41,096 bases of DNA from a virus. Lineage: Duplodnaviria > Heunggongvirae > Uroviricota > Caudoviricetes. The translations under genes and the position numbers were made by a program. The notes beneath the pieces were generated by a model. It did no database searches, was not told the DNA's origin, and saw nothing but the letters and a program-made list of their open reading frames with translations. Position 1 is the first letter of the stretch, and each line of letters starts with the position of its first letter. Where the stretch lies: the IMG/VR virus record IMGVR_UViG_2541047851_000007. The stretch is one strand, 5' to 3'. Positions 28,961-39,227 of the stretch are shown in pieces.

Positions 28961-28998
28961 TGTCTGAAAGCGCACTCGCAACAGCGCGCTCCCCGATA

Positions 28999-29167
28999 TG
29001 AAAAAAGGAATACAACCGATGAAACCTGAACACATCCATCGACTGACGGGGCGCGATGTTCTCCGTTATCGCCGTAAAAACTTCGATTTGATGACCGGTC
29101 TGGCCGTTGCCACTGCGCTCGGTCTGATCATCACTTTCATTCTCCTTGTAGCGAGGACCACAGTATG
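28999..29167 (+). CDS. Small single-pass membrane protein (first ORF of early operon)
   Basis: 56 aa read by eye ([56 protein letters not shown]); AAAGGAA RBS; stop overlaps next ATG. Confidence 0.35.
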
Positions 29168-30067
29168 AGTTTAGAAACCAGTCTAGAACTTAATAATCAA
29201 CTTCTGGCACAACATAATGCGCTGCTTGAACGTCTTATCCGCACAATGGCATCAGGCATTGTTATGCATCCTGACACGATTTCACGAGTGCAGGAATGTC
29301 GGGATACAGCAACTGAAACTGAAAATATGTCAGCGGCAATGACACTGGATGATCTGGAGTTCAGCGACGTTATCGCACTGGCTGGTTTCTACCCGGTAGC
29401 CACCCCTATCACAGAAGACATGCTGCAACGTGCTGTTGCCTACCGTGATGCTGAAGGCGATAAACGAGTTGTTCAGATTGATGCTCTCGACAGCGCATTG
29501 CAGGGCGTCAAACGAGCCAGGGCGCTGCTTAAACCTGCTCTCCTGGACCTGTCCCGTAACATCCTTAAGTTCTGGGACGACCTGCCAACCATCGGCGAGC
29601 GACGTGCTTTTGCCGAGCAGCTACTTGATGCACCTGCAGATGGGCGTGATGAAGTTAAGCCGAAAAAGGCCAGTAACAAAGATGGAGAACGCACGGGGCC
29701 GTTTTACGTCAAAAATGTATCCGGCACAGCAGCCAGTGAACTCCATACCTTACGCAAGTTGAACGAGATGCTTAAAAAAGGCCATATCGAGATCAACCGT
29801 GTTGAGTACCTTCAGCTGCAGGAAGAATTTGCACGCAGAGACGCAGCAAATTCCAGCCAGAATAATGACGCCAAAGATGACCATACAATTGATTTCGCGG
29901 CACTACGCAAACAAGCTGAAGGGTTGATCCTCCAGTTAGCAAAAGGGGGTTACCGGGCAGAAGCTATTGCAATTCTGGAAAAACAGGGAGCCAGGAAACT
30001 TGGTGAAGTAACGGATGAAAATCTCGCTGAAGTAATCACCCTGGCTGAAAAAGCACTGGAGGGTTAA
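29165..30067 (+). CDS. Hypothetical early protein
   Basis: 300 aa; helical, acidic; coupled to following nuclease gene. Confidence 0.5.
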   Translation: MSLETSLELNNQLLAQHNALLERLIRTMASGIVMHPDTISRVQECRDTATETENMSAAMTLDDLEFSDVIALAGFYPVATPITEDMLQRAVAYRDAEGDKRVVQIDALDSALQGVKRARALLKPALLDLSRNILKFWDDLPTIGERRAFAEQLLDAPADGRDEVKPKKASNKDGERTGPFYVKNVSGTAASELHTLRKLNEMLKKGHIEINRVEYLQLQEEFARRDAANSSQNNDAKDDHTIDFAALRKQAEGLILQLAKGGYRAEAIAILEKQGARKLGEVTDENLAEVITLAEKALEG

Positions 30068-30069
30068 TC

Positions 30070-31371
30070 ATGCCAGACGTTCATGCACAACTTTCTCCAT
30101 CATCAGCGCATCGATGGATGCGCTGCCCAGGAAGTCTGGCGCTGGAGGCCACACAACCGGATAAAGAAACAACTTTTGCAATCGAGGGCACTGCAGCGCA
30201 TGCACTTGCCGAAAAGGTGCTGCGCAACCGCCAGAGCCACCCGGAGCACTATGCAGGTTGCAACGTCGCGATGTTCCTTGGATCCTATCCTCTTGCTGAG
30301 CACCCGGATGATACTTCCGGCCCGCAGGTAGATGAGGAAATGGTCGAAGCCGTTGGTCGTTACGTCGACACTGTTTGGGCGCTGGCGCAGGGCAATGAGC
30401 TGCTGGTCGAGCAGCGTGTCGACTTCTCCCATATAACGGGTGTGGAAGAATCTTTCGGAACTGCCGACAGCATAATCATTGCTGGTAGCGAATTACAAAT
30501 CCACGACCTGAAATATGGCAAAGGCGTCCGCATTGATGCAGAACAAAATGAGCAACTACAACTGTATGCTCTGGGTGCGCTCGAACAATTCAGCATGCTG
30601 TATGACTTTGAGACTGTAAGATTATTTATTCACCAGCCGCGGCTTAACCACGTTTCAGAGTGGGCTCTGACGGTGGAAGAGCTCCAGGCGTTCGGTGAAC
30701 GGGCACAGGAGGCCGCAACCAGTGCGATCCTTGTTCTCAATATTGCTGAATGCGAAGGCATTGAGACACTACCGCTGGAAAACTTCATACCTGGAGAAAA
30801 ACAGTGCCGCTTCTGTAAAGCAAAAGCTATTTGCACTGCCCAGAAAATGCAGCATTTACAAACAGCGGCCAGCGACTTTGAAGATCTGACAAAGCCTGTC
30901 AGCGAAATAATCACCAATGCCAGCGCACGTGTACCTCTGTTAACCATTGAGCAGCTTGCGGAGATCTATAGCCAGACCGACTTTATTGAGTCCTGGCTAA
31001 AGGCAGTACGGGACCGGGTTCACAATGAACTCAATGCCGGACATCCGGTACCGGGGTTTAAACTGGTAACAGGAAAACAAGGTAACCGGGCCTGGAGTGA
31101 TGAAGAGGCAGCTCGCGCACTTCTGAAGGACCAGTTCAGGTACAAAACTGAAGAAGTATTCGACTTTAAACTTATTAGTCCCACAAAAGCCGAAAAACTT
31201 ATCAAAAAGGCCAGTCCGCGCCGTTGGTCAAAAGTCGAGGCACTGATAACACGAGCTGATGGTAAACCCACCGTCGTTCCCGAGTCAGACCCACGCCCCG
31301 CACTCAATATCAACCCTGTAAATGATTTCGACGACGTATCCGACGATACGCTAACCGCAGACCTCATCTGA
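30070..31371 (+). CDS. PD-(D/E)xK nuclease, Cas4/RecB-like
   Basis: 433 aa; IHDLKYGKG (D-x-K), QLQLYALG (QxxxY), Cys cluster [10 protein letters not shown]. Confidence 0.65.
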   Translation: MPDVHAQLSPSSAHRWMRCPGSLALEATQPDKETTFAIEGTAAHALAEKVLRNRQSHPEHYAGCNVAMFLGSYPLAEHPDDTSGPQVDEEMVEAVGRYVDTVWALAQGNELLVEQRVDFSHITGVEESFGTADSIIIAGSELQIHDLKYGKGVRIDAEQNEQLQLYALGALEQFSMLYDFETVRLFIHQPRLNHVSEWALTVEELQAFGERAQEAATSAILVLNIAECEGIETLPLENFIPGEKQCRFCKAKAICTAQKMQHLQTAASDFEDLTKPVSEIITNASARVPLLTIEQLAEIYSQTDFIESWLKAVRDRVHNELNAGHPVPGFKLVTGKQGNRAWSDEEAARALLKDQFRYKTEEVFDFKLISPTKAEKLIKKASPRRWSKVEALITRADGKPTVVPESDPRPALNINPVNDFDDVSDDTLTADLI

Positions 31372-31386
31372 TTTAAGGAAATCCCC

Positions 31387-31935
31387 ATGAAACTGAAGCT
31401 GAACAATGTTCGTCTGGCCTTCCCGTCTCTGTTTGAAGCTAAAACTGTAAACGGCGAAGGCGATCCGCGTTTCTCCGCAGTATTTTTAATGTCTCCCAAA
31501 CACCCACAACTGGAAGAAATCCGTAAAGCTATGAAGCAGGTAGCGAAGGAAAAATGGGGGGAGAAGTGGGAGTCCATTTATAACCAGCTGGAGAAAAAAC
31601 TCAATCTGTGCCTGCATGATGGTGATGAAAAAGCAGAGTATGAAGGCTTTCCCGGCAATTTCTTCCTGAACGCTGCTAACAAAGCGCGCCCAGCTGTTCT
31701 TGATCGCGATCGTTCGCCACTAATTCAGGCTGATGGACGTCCCTATGCAGGGTGCTATGTAAACGCCGTTATCGATATCTGGGCACAGGACAATAATTTC
31801 GGTAAACGCATTAATGCCTCACTCGGCGGAGTCCAGTTCCTGCGAGACGGCGATGCATTCGCTGGCGGCGGAGTGGCAAGCGCTGACGATTTCGACGATA
31901 TCAGCGAAGGTGCTGATGCTGAAGCACTAATTTAA
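31387..31935 (+). CDS. Phage ssDNA-binding-like protein
   Basis: 182 aa; between nuclease and polymerase; acidic C-terminal tail (DDFDDISEGADAEALI). Confidence 0.45.
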   Translation: MKLKLNNVRLAFPSLFEAKTVNGEGDPRFSAVFLMSPKHPQLEEIRKAMKQVAKEKWGEKWESIYNQLEKKLNLCLHDGDEKAEYEGFPGNFFLNAANKARPAVLDRDRSPLIQADGRPYAGCYVNAVIDIWAQDNNFGKRINASLGGVQFLRDGDAFAGGGVASADDFDDISEGADAEALI

Positions 31936-31956
31936 AAATATTCATCCCCCAGCTGC

Positions 31957-32625
31957 GTGCTGGGGGATCTCATGAGGGAAAGAATAATGTCACAGCCCGT
32001 ATTAACTAATTACCTTAAAACTCAAATCATCAATAACGCACTTGAGAAAGCGGGTATCCCCAAACGTAAATCAGCACTACGAGCTGCTCGTGTTGAATGG
32101 GCCGAACGTGTTCGGCTTGCAGCTATCGGGGGCGTAGAGAAAGAAGCTGAAATATTAAAAAATATAAAAAAAATAGAAACACTGGTATCAAAATTCCCCG
32201 AAGCATTAAAAACCGCCAATAACATTATCAGGGAAGAGTGTTACATGTGTCTGAATCTGGCAGGTTCTCGGGTTACCGTCTATTTCAACGGTAACTACCG
32301 AGGATATGAATCAGGGTCACCAGACCATATTCACAAAATCGCGCCGGGGGAATTTACCCTTCTGGCAAATGACCCTCTAGTTACAGAGTTTTACGGGTTT
32401 GATACACTTTATGAGCAGATACAGAGCGATGAGTCAGACATTCGACAGAATGTCAGCGCTGCACTCAGTAAAGTGCGCACAGTTAAGCGCCTGCTGGAAG
32501 AGTGGCCTGAAGCTAAAGAACTTCTGCCAGCCGATGCACCATCTGCTCCGCTTCCGCCAGCTATACGACGCGAAACTCTCAACGAAATGATCGGCCTCCC
32601 TTCTGACGAAGGGGTAGATGCTTAA
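31957..32625 (+). CDS. Hypothetical early protein (likely start at 31987)
   Basis: 222 aa ORF; internal Met with RBS GAGGGAAAG. Confidence 0.45.
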   Translation: MLGDLMRERIMSQPVLTNYLKTQIINNALEKAGIPKRKSALRAARVEWAERVRLAAIGGVEKEAEILKNIKKIETLVSKFPEALKTANNIIREECYMCLNLAGSRVTVYFNGNYRGYESGSPDHIHKIAPGEFTLLANDPLVTEFYGFDTLYEQIQSDESDIRQNVSAALSKVRTVKRLLEEWPEAKELLPADAPSAPLPPAIRRETLNEMIGLPSDEGVDA

Positions 32626-32692
32626 TATTTCTTATAACAAAGGCTGGCTTAAGAAAATAGTTATCCAAACCAGCCTACCGCAATACTAAAAA

Positions 32693-32962
32693 TTAAAATT
32701 CATTGAATTTAAAAAGACATTTCCCTATTGGATTGCCATAGTCTCTACATACCGAAATGCTGTCCCATACAGGCTGAGCCAAACACCCAAGAAAGAACCC
32801 AATAAGCGCAAAAATTATAATTTTGGGAAGAACACGATCCTTAGGACCTTCTTCACGTTCGAGCCATGCGCCACCAGCCCGAACTATTCTCCCTAAAATA
32901 TAAAGAATGGGGAAAGCAATAATACCTATCAATGAAAGTATTCCGATACCAAAGCTAAACAC
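32693..32962 (-). CDS. Small two-helix membrane protein, opposite-strand moron
   Basis: 89 aa; two hydrophobic helices; GTG start with GGAG RBS; very AT-rich; antisense to flanking operon. Confidence 0.45.
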   Translation of the reverse strand: MFSFGIGILSLIGIIAFPILYILGRIVRAGGAWLEREEGPKDRVLPKIIIFALIGFFLGCLAQPVWDSISVCRDYGNPIGKCLFKFNEF

Positions 32963-33018
32963 CGCCGTCTCCTTGTTTATTTACACCTACATAACCATAT
33001 ATCACACAAGGTTATTTT

Positions 33019-35082
33019 ATGTCCAATATACTATGGGGTGACCTAGAAACCTATTGCGAAATCCCTATTACGAACGGTACCCATGCGTATGCCGAAGGCG
33101 TTGAAGTGATGCTGTTCGCATGGGCTATCAACGACGAGCCCGTAAACGTGTGGGATATCACTGCCGGTGGTGGTATTCCACACGGCTTATACGAAGCAAT
33201 CGCAGCCCCTGAAACCCTGCTTTATTTTCATAACTCTCACTTCGACCGCACCGTCCTGCGTTATGCAATGCCGCGCCTGGCACCGCCAGTCGAACGTTGG
33301 CGCGACACAATGGTGCAGGCGCTGGCGCACGGTCTCCCGGGGTCTCTGGGGGAACTCTGCGAAGTACTAGGCGTCCCGCAAGACAAAGCGAAGGACAAAG
33401 AAGGTAAAGCGCTGATCCAGCTGTTCTGTAAGCCACGCCCGAAAAACAGCAAACTGCGCCGGGCCACCAGCAAAACCCACCCGGAAGAATGGCGGCGCTT
33501 TGTTGCTTACGCCGGACTGGATATCGAGGCAATGCGCGAAGTCTATAAACGTCTGCCGAAGTGGAATTATCAGGGGACAGAACTGGCGCTCTGGCATCGT
33601 GATCAGCAGATCAACGACCGGGGCGTCTGCATGGACATTCAACTCGCGCGCGCTGCGATCGAAGCGGTAGACCAGGAGCAAAAGCGCCTGGCAAAGCGTA
33701 CACAGGAAATGACTGATGGCGAAGTGCAGGCAGCAACACAACGGGACGCGTTGATTAAGCACATCGTTGAATCCTACGGTGTGGAGCTACCAGACATGCA
33801 ACGCAGTACTCTGGAACGTCGTATAGCCGACCCCGATTTACCATCTGCCGTGAAAGAACTGCTGGCTATCCGCCTGCAGGCCAGTACTACCAGCACCAGT
33901 AAATACAAGGCACTGATGAAAGGCGTAAGCCACGACGGGCGCTTACGCGGTACGCTACAGTTCTGCGGGGCGTCACGTACCGGTCGTTGGGCCGGACGGC
34001 TATTCCAGCCCCAGAACCTTCCCCGCCCTTCACTAAAACAGGAACAAATAGACGAAGGCATCGAAGCACTGAAAGCCGGATGTGCAGACCTGCTGTTTGA
34101 CAATATCATGGAACTAACCAGTTCAGCGTTACGTGGCTGCATTATCGCGCCAACAGGCAAAAAACTGGTGGTAAGTGACTTGTCGAACATTGAAGGCCGT
34201 ATGCTGGCATGGCTGGCGGGAGAAGAATGGAAACTGAATGCATTCAGAGAGTACGACGCCGGAACGGGTCCGGACTTATATAAACTGGCGTATGCAAAAG
34301 CTTTCGATATTGCACCAGATGATGTTGATAAACACATGCGTCAGATCGGTAAAGTCATGGAACTCGGTCTGGGTTATGGAGGTGGTGTATCGGCTTTCAT
34401 CACTTTTGCTCTGGTTTACGGTCTCGATCTCGACGAGCTGGCGAACGCCGCACTGCCAAACATTCCCCGCGATGTTATCCGCGAGGCGAAAAGCTGGTAC
34501 AACGAATCGGTTAAACGTAAGTCGACCTTTGGCCTGTCCGAGCGTGTATTCATCGCATGTGACTCGCTCAAGCGCCTGTGGCGCAGGGCGCACCCGGCGA
34601 CCTGCGATTTCTGGTACGAACTGGAGCGCACCGTCCGCACTGCAATCGCCACACCGCAAAAAACATTGTATTGCGGTTATCTTAAAATCCGCCGCGATGG
34701 CGCGTGGCTGCGCATACAGCTACCATCCGGACGCGCTGTATGCTACCCCTCTCCGGTTATCGAAAAAGGGAATATCACCTATATGGGTGTTAACTCTTAT
34801 TCGCGTAAATGGCAACGACTCAAAACCTACGGCGGAAAGCTGGTAGAGAACGTCACCCAGGCGGCCGCCCGCGACGTTCTGGCCGGAAACATGCCGCTTA
34901 TCGAAGATGCCGGTTACAGCATTGTGCTGACGGTACACGACGAGGTGATCACCGAAGCACCTGACACAGAAGATTTCAACGATAAAGCGCTTTCCGCGCT
35001 TCTCTCCACTAACCCCGAATGGGCGCCCGATATCCCACTGAACGCTGGCGGTTTTGAGGCGTACCACTACCGTAAGGATTAA
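33019..35082 (+). CDS. Family A DNA polymerase with 3'-5' exonuclease domain
   Basis: 687 aa; exo motif DLET; motif [14 protein letters not shown]; motif [17 protein letters not shown]; motif C LTVHDEV. Confidence 0.85.
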   Translation: MSNILWGDLETYCEIPITNGTHAYAEGVEVMLFAWAINDEPVNVWDITAGGGIPHGLYEAIAAPETLLYFHNSHFDRTVLRYAMPRLAPPVERWRDTMVQALAHGLPGSLGELCEVLGVPQDKAKDKEGKALIQLFCKPRPKNSKLRRATSKTHPEEWRRFVAYAGLDIEAMREVYKRLPKWNYQGTELALWHRDQQINDRGVCMDIQLARAAIEAVDQEQKRLAKRTQEMTDGEVQAATQRDALIKHIVESYGVELPDMQRSTLERRIADPDLPSAVKELLAIRLQASTTSTSKYKALMKGVSHDGRLRGTLQFCGASRTGRWAGRLFQPQNLPRPSLKQEQIDEGIEALKAGCADLLFDNIMELTSSALRGCIIAPTGKKLVVSDLSNIEGRMLAWLAGEEWKLNAFREYDAGTGPDLYKLAYAKAFDIAPDDVDKHMRQIGKVMELGLGYGGGVSAFITFALVYGLDLDELANAALPNIPRDVIREAKSWYNESVKRKSTFGLSERVFIACDSLKRLWRRAHPATCDFWYELERTVRTAIATPQKTLYCGYLKIRRDGAWLRIQLPSGRAVCYPSPVIEKGNITYMGVNSYSRKWQRLKTYGGKLVENVTQAAARDVLAGNMPLIEDAGYSIVLTVHDEVITEAPDTEDFNDKALSALLSTNPEWAPDIPLNAGGFEAYHYRKD

Positions 35083-35087
35083 TCGCT

Positions 35088-35291
35088 ATGACTGTAATCA
35101 AAACGCATACCGGAACGGTTATTACCCGCACCGGTGAAAAGCAGGTGCAATTGCATCAAAACGCGACAACGTGGGTGGCTGGCCCAAAAGAGTATTACTA
35201 CAAAGACACTGGCCGCCGCGGTGGTGCTGTCGGTGTCCGCACTCGTCTGGTGCTGAGCAGCATCCGCCCAATCGAAGCAAAGCAGGAGTAA
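35088..35291 (+). CDS. Small hypothetical protein
   Basis: 67 aa; coupled ORF after polymerase. Confidence 0.35.
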   Translation: MTVIKTHTGTVITRTGEKQVQLHQNATTWVAGPKEYYYKDTGRRGGAVGVRTRLVLSSIRPIEAKQE

Positions 35292-35296
35292 CCCCT

Positions 35297-35518
35297 ATGT
35301 CATTTAAATATCGGGACAGTCCGCTTTATTACCGGGCTGCGAGGGAGGCCTTGCGCCTTGAGCAGTCCGGCGAATATGACCGGGCAGCGAAGGTCTGGGC
35401 CAAGGCTAACCGCCAGTCACGTAACGAACTGAATCAGGACTGGAGCGAACGCCGGTCTGATTTTTGTCTGATGCAGAACATGCGCGAAAAGCGTAAGGCG
35501 GTGAGCGATGACTTGTGA
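35297..35518 (+). CDS. Small basic protein, possible regulator
   Basis: 73 aa from ATG 35297 with AGGAG RBS (ORF track extends upstream without RBS). Confidence 0.4.
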   Translation: MSFKYRDSPLYYRAAREALRLEQSGEYDRAAKVWAKANRQSRNELNQDWSERRSDFCLMQNMREKRKAVSDDL

Positions 35519-35990
35519 GCAGACCATTCTTGACATGTGCTGCGGCTCTCGTATGTTTTGGTTCGACAAGGAGGACAAGCGCGCCGTGTTCAGTGATATC
35601 CGCGCCGAGCAGCATGAGCTTTGCGACGGTCGCCAGTTGGTTATAAGTCCGGACCTTATAGCTGATTTCCGCGCCCTTCCCTTTGCCGATAACACTTTCC
35701 CTGTCGTCGTTTTCGATCCGCCGCACCTCGAGCGCGTCGGCGATAACGCATGGATGAGGAAAAAGTACGGGCGGCTCAACAAAGAAACATGGCGCGATGA
35801 TCTTCGCGACGGCTTCGCCGAAGCATTCAGGGTATTGCGGCCCCACGGTGTACTCATATTCAAATGGAACGAAACGCAGATCCCGGTAAGCAATATCTTG
35901 GCGCTGACCGACGAGAAGCCGGCCATATGGCAACGAACCGGAAAAGCCGACAAAACCCACTGGGTTATTTTCGTCAAAGGTGTGGAATGA
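35508..35990 (+). CDS. Small SAM-dependent DNA methyltransferase (amino-MTase type)
   Basis: 160 aa; motif I LDMCCGS; motif IV VVFDPPH (DPP[YFH] class). Confidence 0.5.
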   Translation: MTCEQTILDMCCGSRMFWFDKEDKRAVFSDIRAEQHELCDGRQLVISPDLIADFRALPFADNTFPVVVFDPPHLERVGDNAWMRKKYGRLNKETWRDDLRDGFAEAFRVLRPHGVLIFKWNETQIPVSNILALTDEKPAIWQRTGKADKTHWVIFVKGVE

Positions 35991-36283
35991 TGGCCTACGA
36001 ACGTGAAAGCCTTATCGAAAAGCACCTCGTCGCCGAAGTGAAAAAGGCTGGCGGGGTCGCCTTTAAGTTCGTGTCACCCGGTCGCCGCTCGGTACCGGAT
36101 CGCATTGTCCTGCTACCCGGCGGTCGCATCGTCTTTGTCGAATGCAAAGCGCCAAGCAAACCACCACGGCCTGACCAGTTACGCGAGCACGAACGGCTGC
36201 GCGCGTTGGGCTTTACCGTGGTGGTATTAGATAGCAAAAATCTGGAGGGGATATTGTGCGGGGAGCCTATTACAACGAAATAG
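35987..36283 (+). CDS. VRR-NUC domain nuclease
   Basis: About 98 aa from ATG overlapping upstream stop; PDRIVLL...IVFVECK (D...E-x-K). Confidence 0.6.
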   Translation: MMAYERESLIEKHLVAEVKKAGGVAFKFVSPGRRSVPDRIVLLPGGRIVFVECKAPSKPPRPDQLREHERLRALGFTVVVLDSKNLEGILCGEPITTK

Positions 36284-37284
36284 ACCCTAACGCAGCACAA
36301 TGGCTGCGTAACCTTATTGCTGCAGGTCATATCGCCCCGGGTGAAGTTGATGAAAGGAGTATCGAAGATGTCGCACCAGACGACTTGCGCGGATTCACAC
36401 AGTGCCATTTCTTCGCCGGGATCGGCGTCTGGTCTTATGCTCTGCGTCTGGCCGGATGGCCGGATAACAAACCGGTCTGGACAGGAAGTTGCCCGTGCCA
36501 GCCTTTCAGCTCGGCTGGTAAAGGCGCTGGGTTTGATGACGAGCGGCACCTATGGCCAGCACTATTCCACCTCATCAGCGAGCGACGCCCTAAGCTGGTA
36601 TTTGGCGAACAGGTTGCGGGAGTCAATGCCTGGTTCGATCTTGTACAAACTGACGTGGAAGCAGTGGACTACGCCTTTGGGCTTGTCCCGTTTCCGGCTG
36701 CGGGCGTCGGTGCCCCGCATATCCGAGATAGAGCGTATTGGGTGGCCGACGCCAGCGGCGAGCGATCACAGCGGTGGCGAAAGCGCCTCAATAGCATTGA
36801 GGAAGATGTCTGGAGATCGTCGACCGTCCGGCAACACGCTACACAGCTCCCTGCGGAATTTTGCTCACCTAGCGGGGTGGTACACCCCAACCTGCAACAC
36901 AAACCCACAGCCGGAGACAAAACGCGGTCTAGAAACCTTAGCGGGACTATCCAGATTAGCGGGATGGCCGACAGTGACGACGATCGACAACAACCAAGTT
37001 CGTGCCGAGGGCGCAGCGGCCAATCATACCGAACGGGGAACGACCCTCGGCGGCGCTGCGAGAATCTGCGGCCCAATACGATTAACGGCTGCTGGGATGG
37101 TGCTGACTGGCTCCTCTGCCGGGATGGTCGCTGGCGGCCAGTTGAATCCGGCACATGCCCGTTGGCTAATGGGATTACCTCCAGAGTGGGACGACTGCGC
37201 GCCTACGGCAACGCGATAGTCGCACCAGCTGCCGCAACATTCATCCGCTCGTTTATGGAATGCGCAGGATACGACCTTATTTAA
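36256..37284 (+). CDS. DNA cytosine-5 methyltransferase
   Basis: 342 aa; motif I FFAGIGV; motif IV PCQPFS; motif X RAYGNAIV; GTG start. Confidence 0.8.
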   Translation: MRGAYYNEIDPNAAQWLRNLIAAGHIAPGEVDERSIEDVAPDDLRGFTQCHFFAGIGVWSYALRLAGWPDNKPVWTGSCPCQPFSSAGKGAGFDDERHLWPALFHLISERRPKLVFGEQVAGVNAWFDLVQTDVEAVDYAFGLVPFPAAGVGAPHIRDRAYWVADASGERSQRWRKRLNSIEEDVWRSSTVRQHATQLPAEFCSPSGVVHPNLQHKPTAGDKTRSRNLSGTIQISGMADSDDDRQQPSSCRGRSGQSYRTGNDPRRRCENLRPNTINGCWDGADWLLCRDGRWRPVESGTCPLANGITSRVGRLRAYGNAIVAPAAATFIRSFMECAGYDLI

Positions 37285-37601
37285 TGCCACTCACATCTGG
37301 CATGATACCGTCCAGAAGGTAATTGCTTATATACAACGGAGCCGCCCATGGCATAAGTATAAGCATGAAGTTTTGTCCAGAAGTCCCCATAAACTAGTAT
37401 TGGGGCTAAAAATTTTGGATCGCTAACCATAGATGTAGCAGGAAGCTCGAAACCTTTAGAAAGAATGTTTACCAGTGAAGGGTAATTTTCAAAATCAGTG
37501 CTATTCCCGCCCACCTCTAAAGCATCCAGTTCAAAGTCGAGCACTCCACCATTTTTGTAATACTCCGGAACAGTTAACCCTGATGTTAACAAAGTAGCCA
37601 T
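37281..37601 (-). CDS. Hypothetical protein, opposite-strand AT-rich moron
   Basis: 106 aa; AGGAGG RBS; AT-rich relative to flanking GC-rich genes. Confidence 0.5.
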   Translation of the reverse strand: MATLLTSGLTVPEYYKNGGVLDFELDALEVGGNSTDFENYPSLVNILSKGFELPATSMVSDPKFLAPILVYGDFWTKLHAYTYAMGGSVVYKQLPSGRYHARCEWH

Positions 37602-37635
37602 TAAACAATCCTCCTGAATTTTAAAGGGTTACATT

Positions 37636-39030
37636 ATGCCCAAAGTTTTCACGCCTCGCCCCTACCAAGATCTAATTATCAACCACGAAATCGACATTCA
37701 CCGCTGCAACATCTGGGCAGGGATGGGGATGGGTAAAACCGTAGCGACACTCACCACGCTGGAAGATCTTTTCATGGCGGGCTCAGAGACACAGCCCGCG
37801 CTGGTCCTCGCGCCCCTACGCGTTGCAGCAAGCACATGGCCGGATGAAGCGCTGAAATGGGGGCATCTGCGCAATATCGAGGTGCAGCCGATTGTTGGTA
37901 ACGCCAAAGCACGCTCTGCAGCGCTGGCGAACAGCAACGCGAGCGTGTTCACCATCAACTACGATAACCTTGTCTGGCTGGTTGAGGAATTGGGAGAACG
38001 ATGGCCGTTCGGTACTGTCATTCCAGATGAAAGCACCCGGCTAAAATCCTTCCGGCTGCGAGGTGGTGGTAAGCGCGCGGCGGCGCTGGGCAAAGTGGCG
38101 CATAAGTATGTCCAGCGCTGGATAAATCTCACCGGTACGCCAGCACCGAACGGCCTGGTAGATTTGTGGGGACAATTGTGGTTTGTGGACCAGGGGCAAC
38201 GTCTCGGGCGCACTTACGGCGCGTTTACCTCACGCTGGTTCAACTCGATACAGTTTCCGGGGCAGAGCTGGACCAAACTGGAGCCGTTTGCTCACTCACA
38301 TGCTGAAATACAGCGAGCGTTAGCCGATGTGACCCTCTCGCTGGATGCGGCCGACTGGTTCGATATCAAAGACCCCATCCATAACGTAATCCGCGTGGAT
38401 ATGCCGCCGAAGGCCCGTCAGCAGTATCGTGAAATGGAAAAGGAAATGTTCCTCGAGCTGAACGGCGAAGGCATCGAAGCACCAAACGCCGCGGCAAAGA
38501 CACTGAAGTGTCTGCAAATCGCCAGTGGCGCAGTATACACAGACGACACCGGAAGTTGGTCAGAACTGCATGACACCAAACTACAAGCGCTGGACAGCAT
38601 ACTGACCGAAGCAGCTGGCGCACCTGTGCTGGTTGCTTATCACTGGAAACACGATCTTGAACGCTTGCTTAAAGCATTCCCTCGCGGTCGTCACCTCGAC
38701 CAAGATCCACAGACACTGCGCGACTGGAATTCCGGAAAGATTCCTGTTCTCTTTGCACACCCAGCCAGCGCGGGCCACGGTCTGAACATGCAGGACGGCG
38801 GAAACATACTGGTATTTTTCTCACACTGGTGGGACCTGGAGCAGTATCAGCAAATTATTGAACGTATCGGCCCCACCAGGCAGATACAGGCCGGACACAA
38901 TCGTCCGGTATTTATTCACCACATTATTGCGGCCGACACTATGGACGAAATGGTGATGGAGCGGCGCAACTCAAAACGAACAGTGCAGGACATCCTGCTC
39001 GATGCCATGAAAAAGAGAGGTATAGCATGA
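37636..39030 (+). CDS. SNF2-family helicase
   Basis: 464 aa; Walker A AGMGMGKTV; DExx box IPDESTRLK; C-terminal helicase region. Confidence 0.75.
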   Translation: MPKVFTPRPYQDLIINHEIDIHRCNIWAGMGMGKTVATLTTLEDLFMAGSETQPALVLAPLRVAASTWPDEALKWGHLRNIEVQPIVGNAKARSAALANSNASVFTINYDNLVWLVEELGERWPFGTVIPDESTRLKSFRLRGGGKRAAALGKVAHKYVQRWINLTGTPAPNGLVDLWGQLWFVDQGQRLGRTYGAFTSRWFNSIQFPGQSWTKLEPFAHSHAEIQRALADVTLSLDAADWFDIKDPIHNVIRVDMPPKARQQYREMEKEMFLELNGEGIEAPNAAAKTLKCLQIASGAVYTDDTGSWSELHDTKLQALDSILTEAAGAPVLVAYHWKHDLERLLKAFPRGRHLDQDPQTLRDWNSGKIPVLFAHPASAGHGLNMQDGGNILVFFSHWWDLEQYQQIIERIGPTRQIQAGHNRPVFIHHIIAADTMDEMVMERRNSKRTVQDILLDAMKKRGIA

Positions 39031-39227
39031 GCGAGAAACCCGACGATTTACTCACCCCAGATGAAGTATGCCAAAAGTTAGGTATTACACAGAAAACGCT
39101 ATGTGAGTGGAATATTAAGCATCGTCATCGGGCTATCCTGGCACCAATTCGTTTCAGTGCAAAAGTAGTTCGTTATGAGCGCCGAAATGTCGACGCTTTT
39201 ATTCAAAAGTGTCGCAGCCAGTATTAA
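39027..39227 (+). CDS. Excisionase / AlpA-like DNA-binding protein
   Basis: 66 aa; HTH (LTPDEVCQKLGITQKTL); overlaps integrase 3' end. Confidence 0.6.
   Translation: MSEKPDDLLTPDEVCQKLGITQKTLCEWNIKHRHRAILAPIRFSAKVVRYERRNVDAFIQKCRSQY

Noticed and set aside
35406-36025. Minus-strand ORFs (184 and 202 aa) antisense to the methyltransferase/VRR-NUC genes
   Set aside because: Embedded in GC-rich coding sequence whose plus-strand frames carry recognisable motifs; no RBS
36317-37219. 300-aa plus-strand ORF in an alternative frame
   Set aside because: Lies entirely inside the cytosine-5 methyltransferase gene, whose frame carries the catalytic motifs; low-complexity Ser/Gly/Arg-rich product typical of an off-frame artefact in GC-rich DNA
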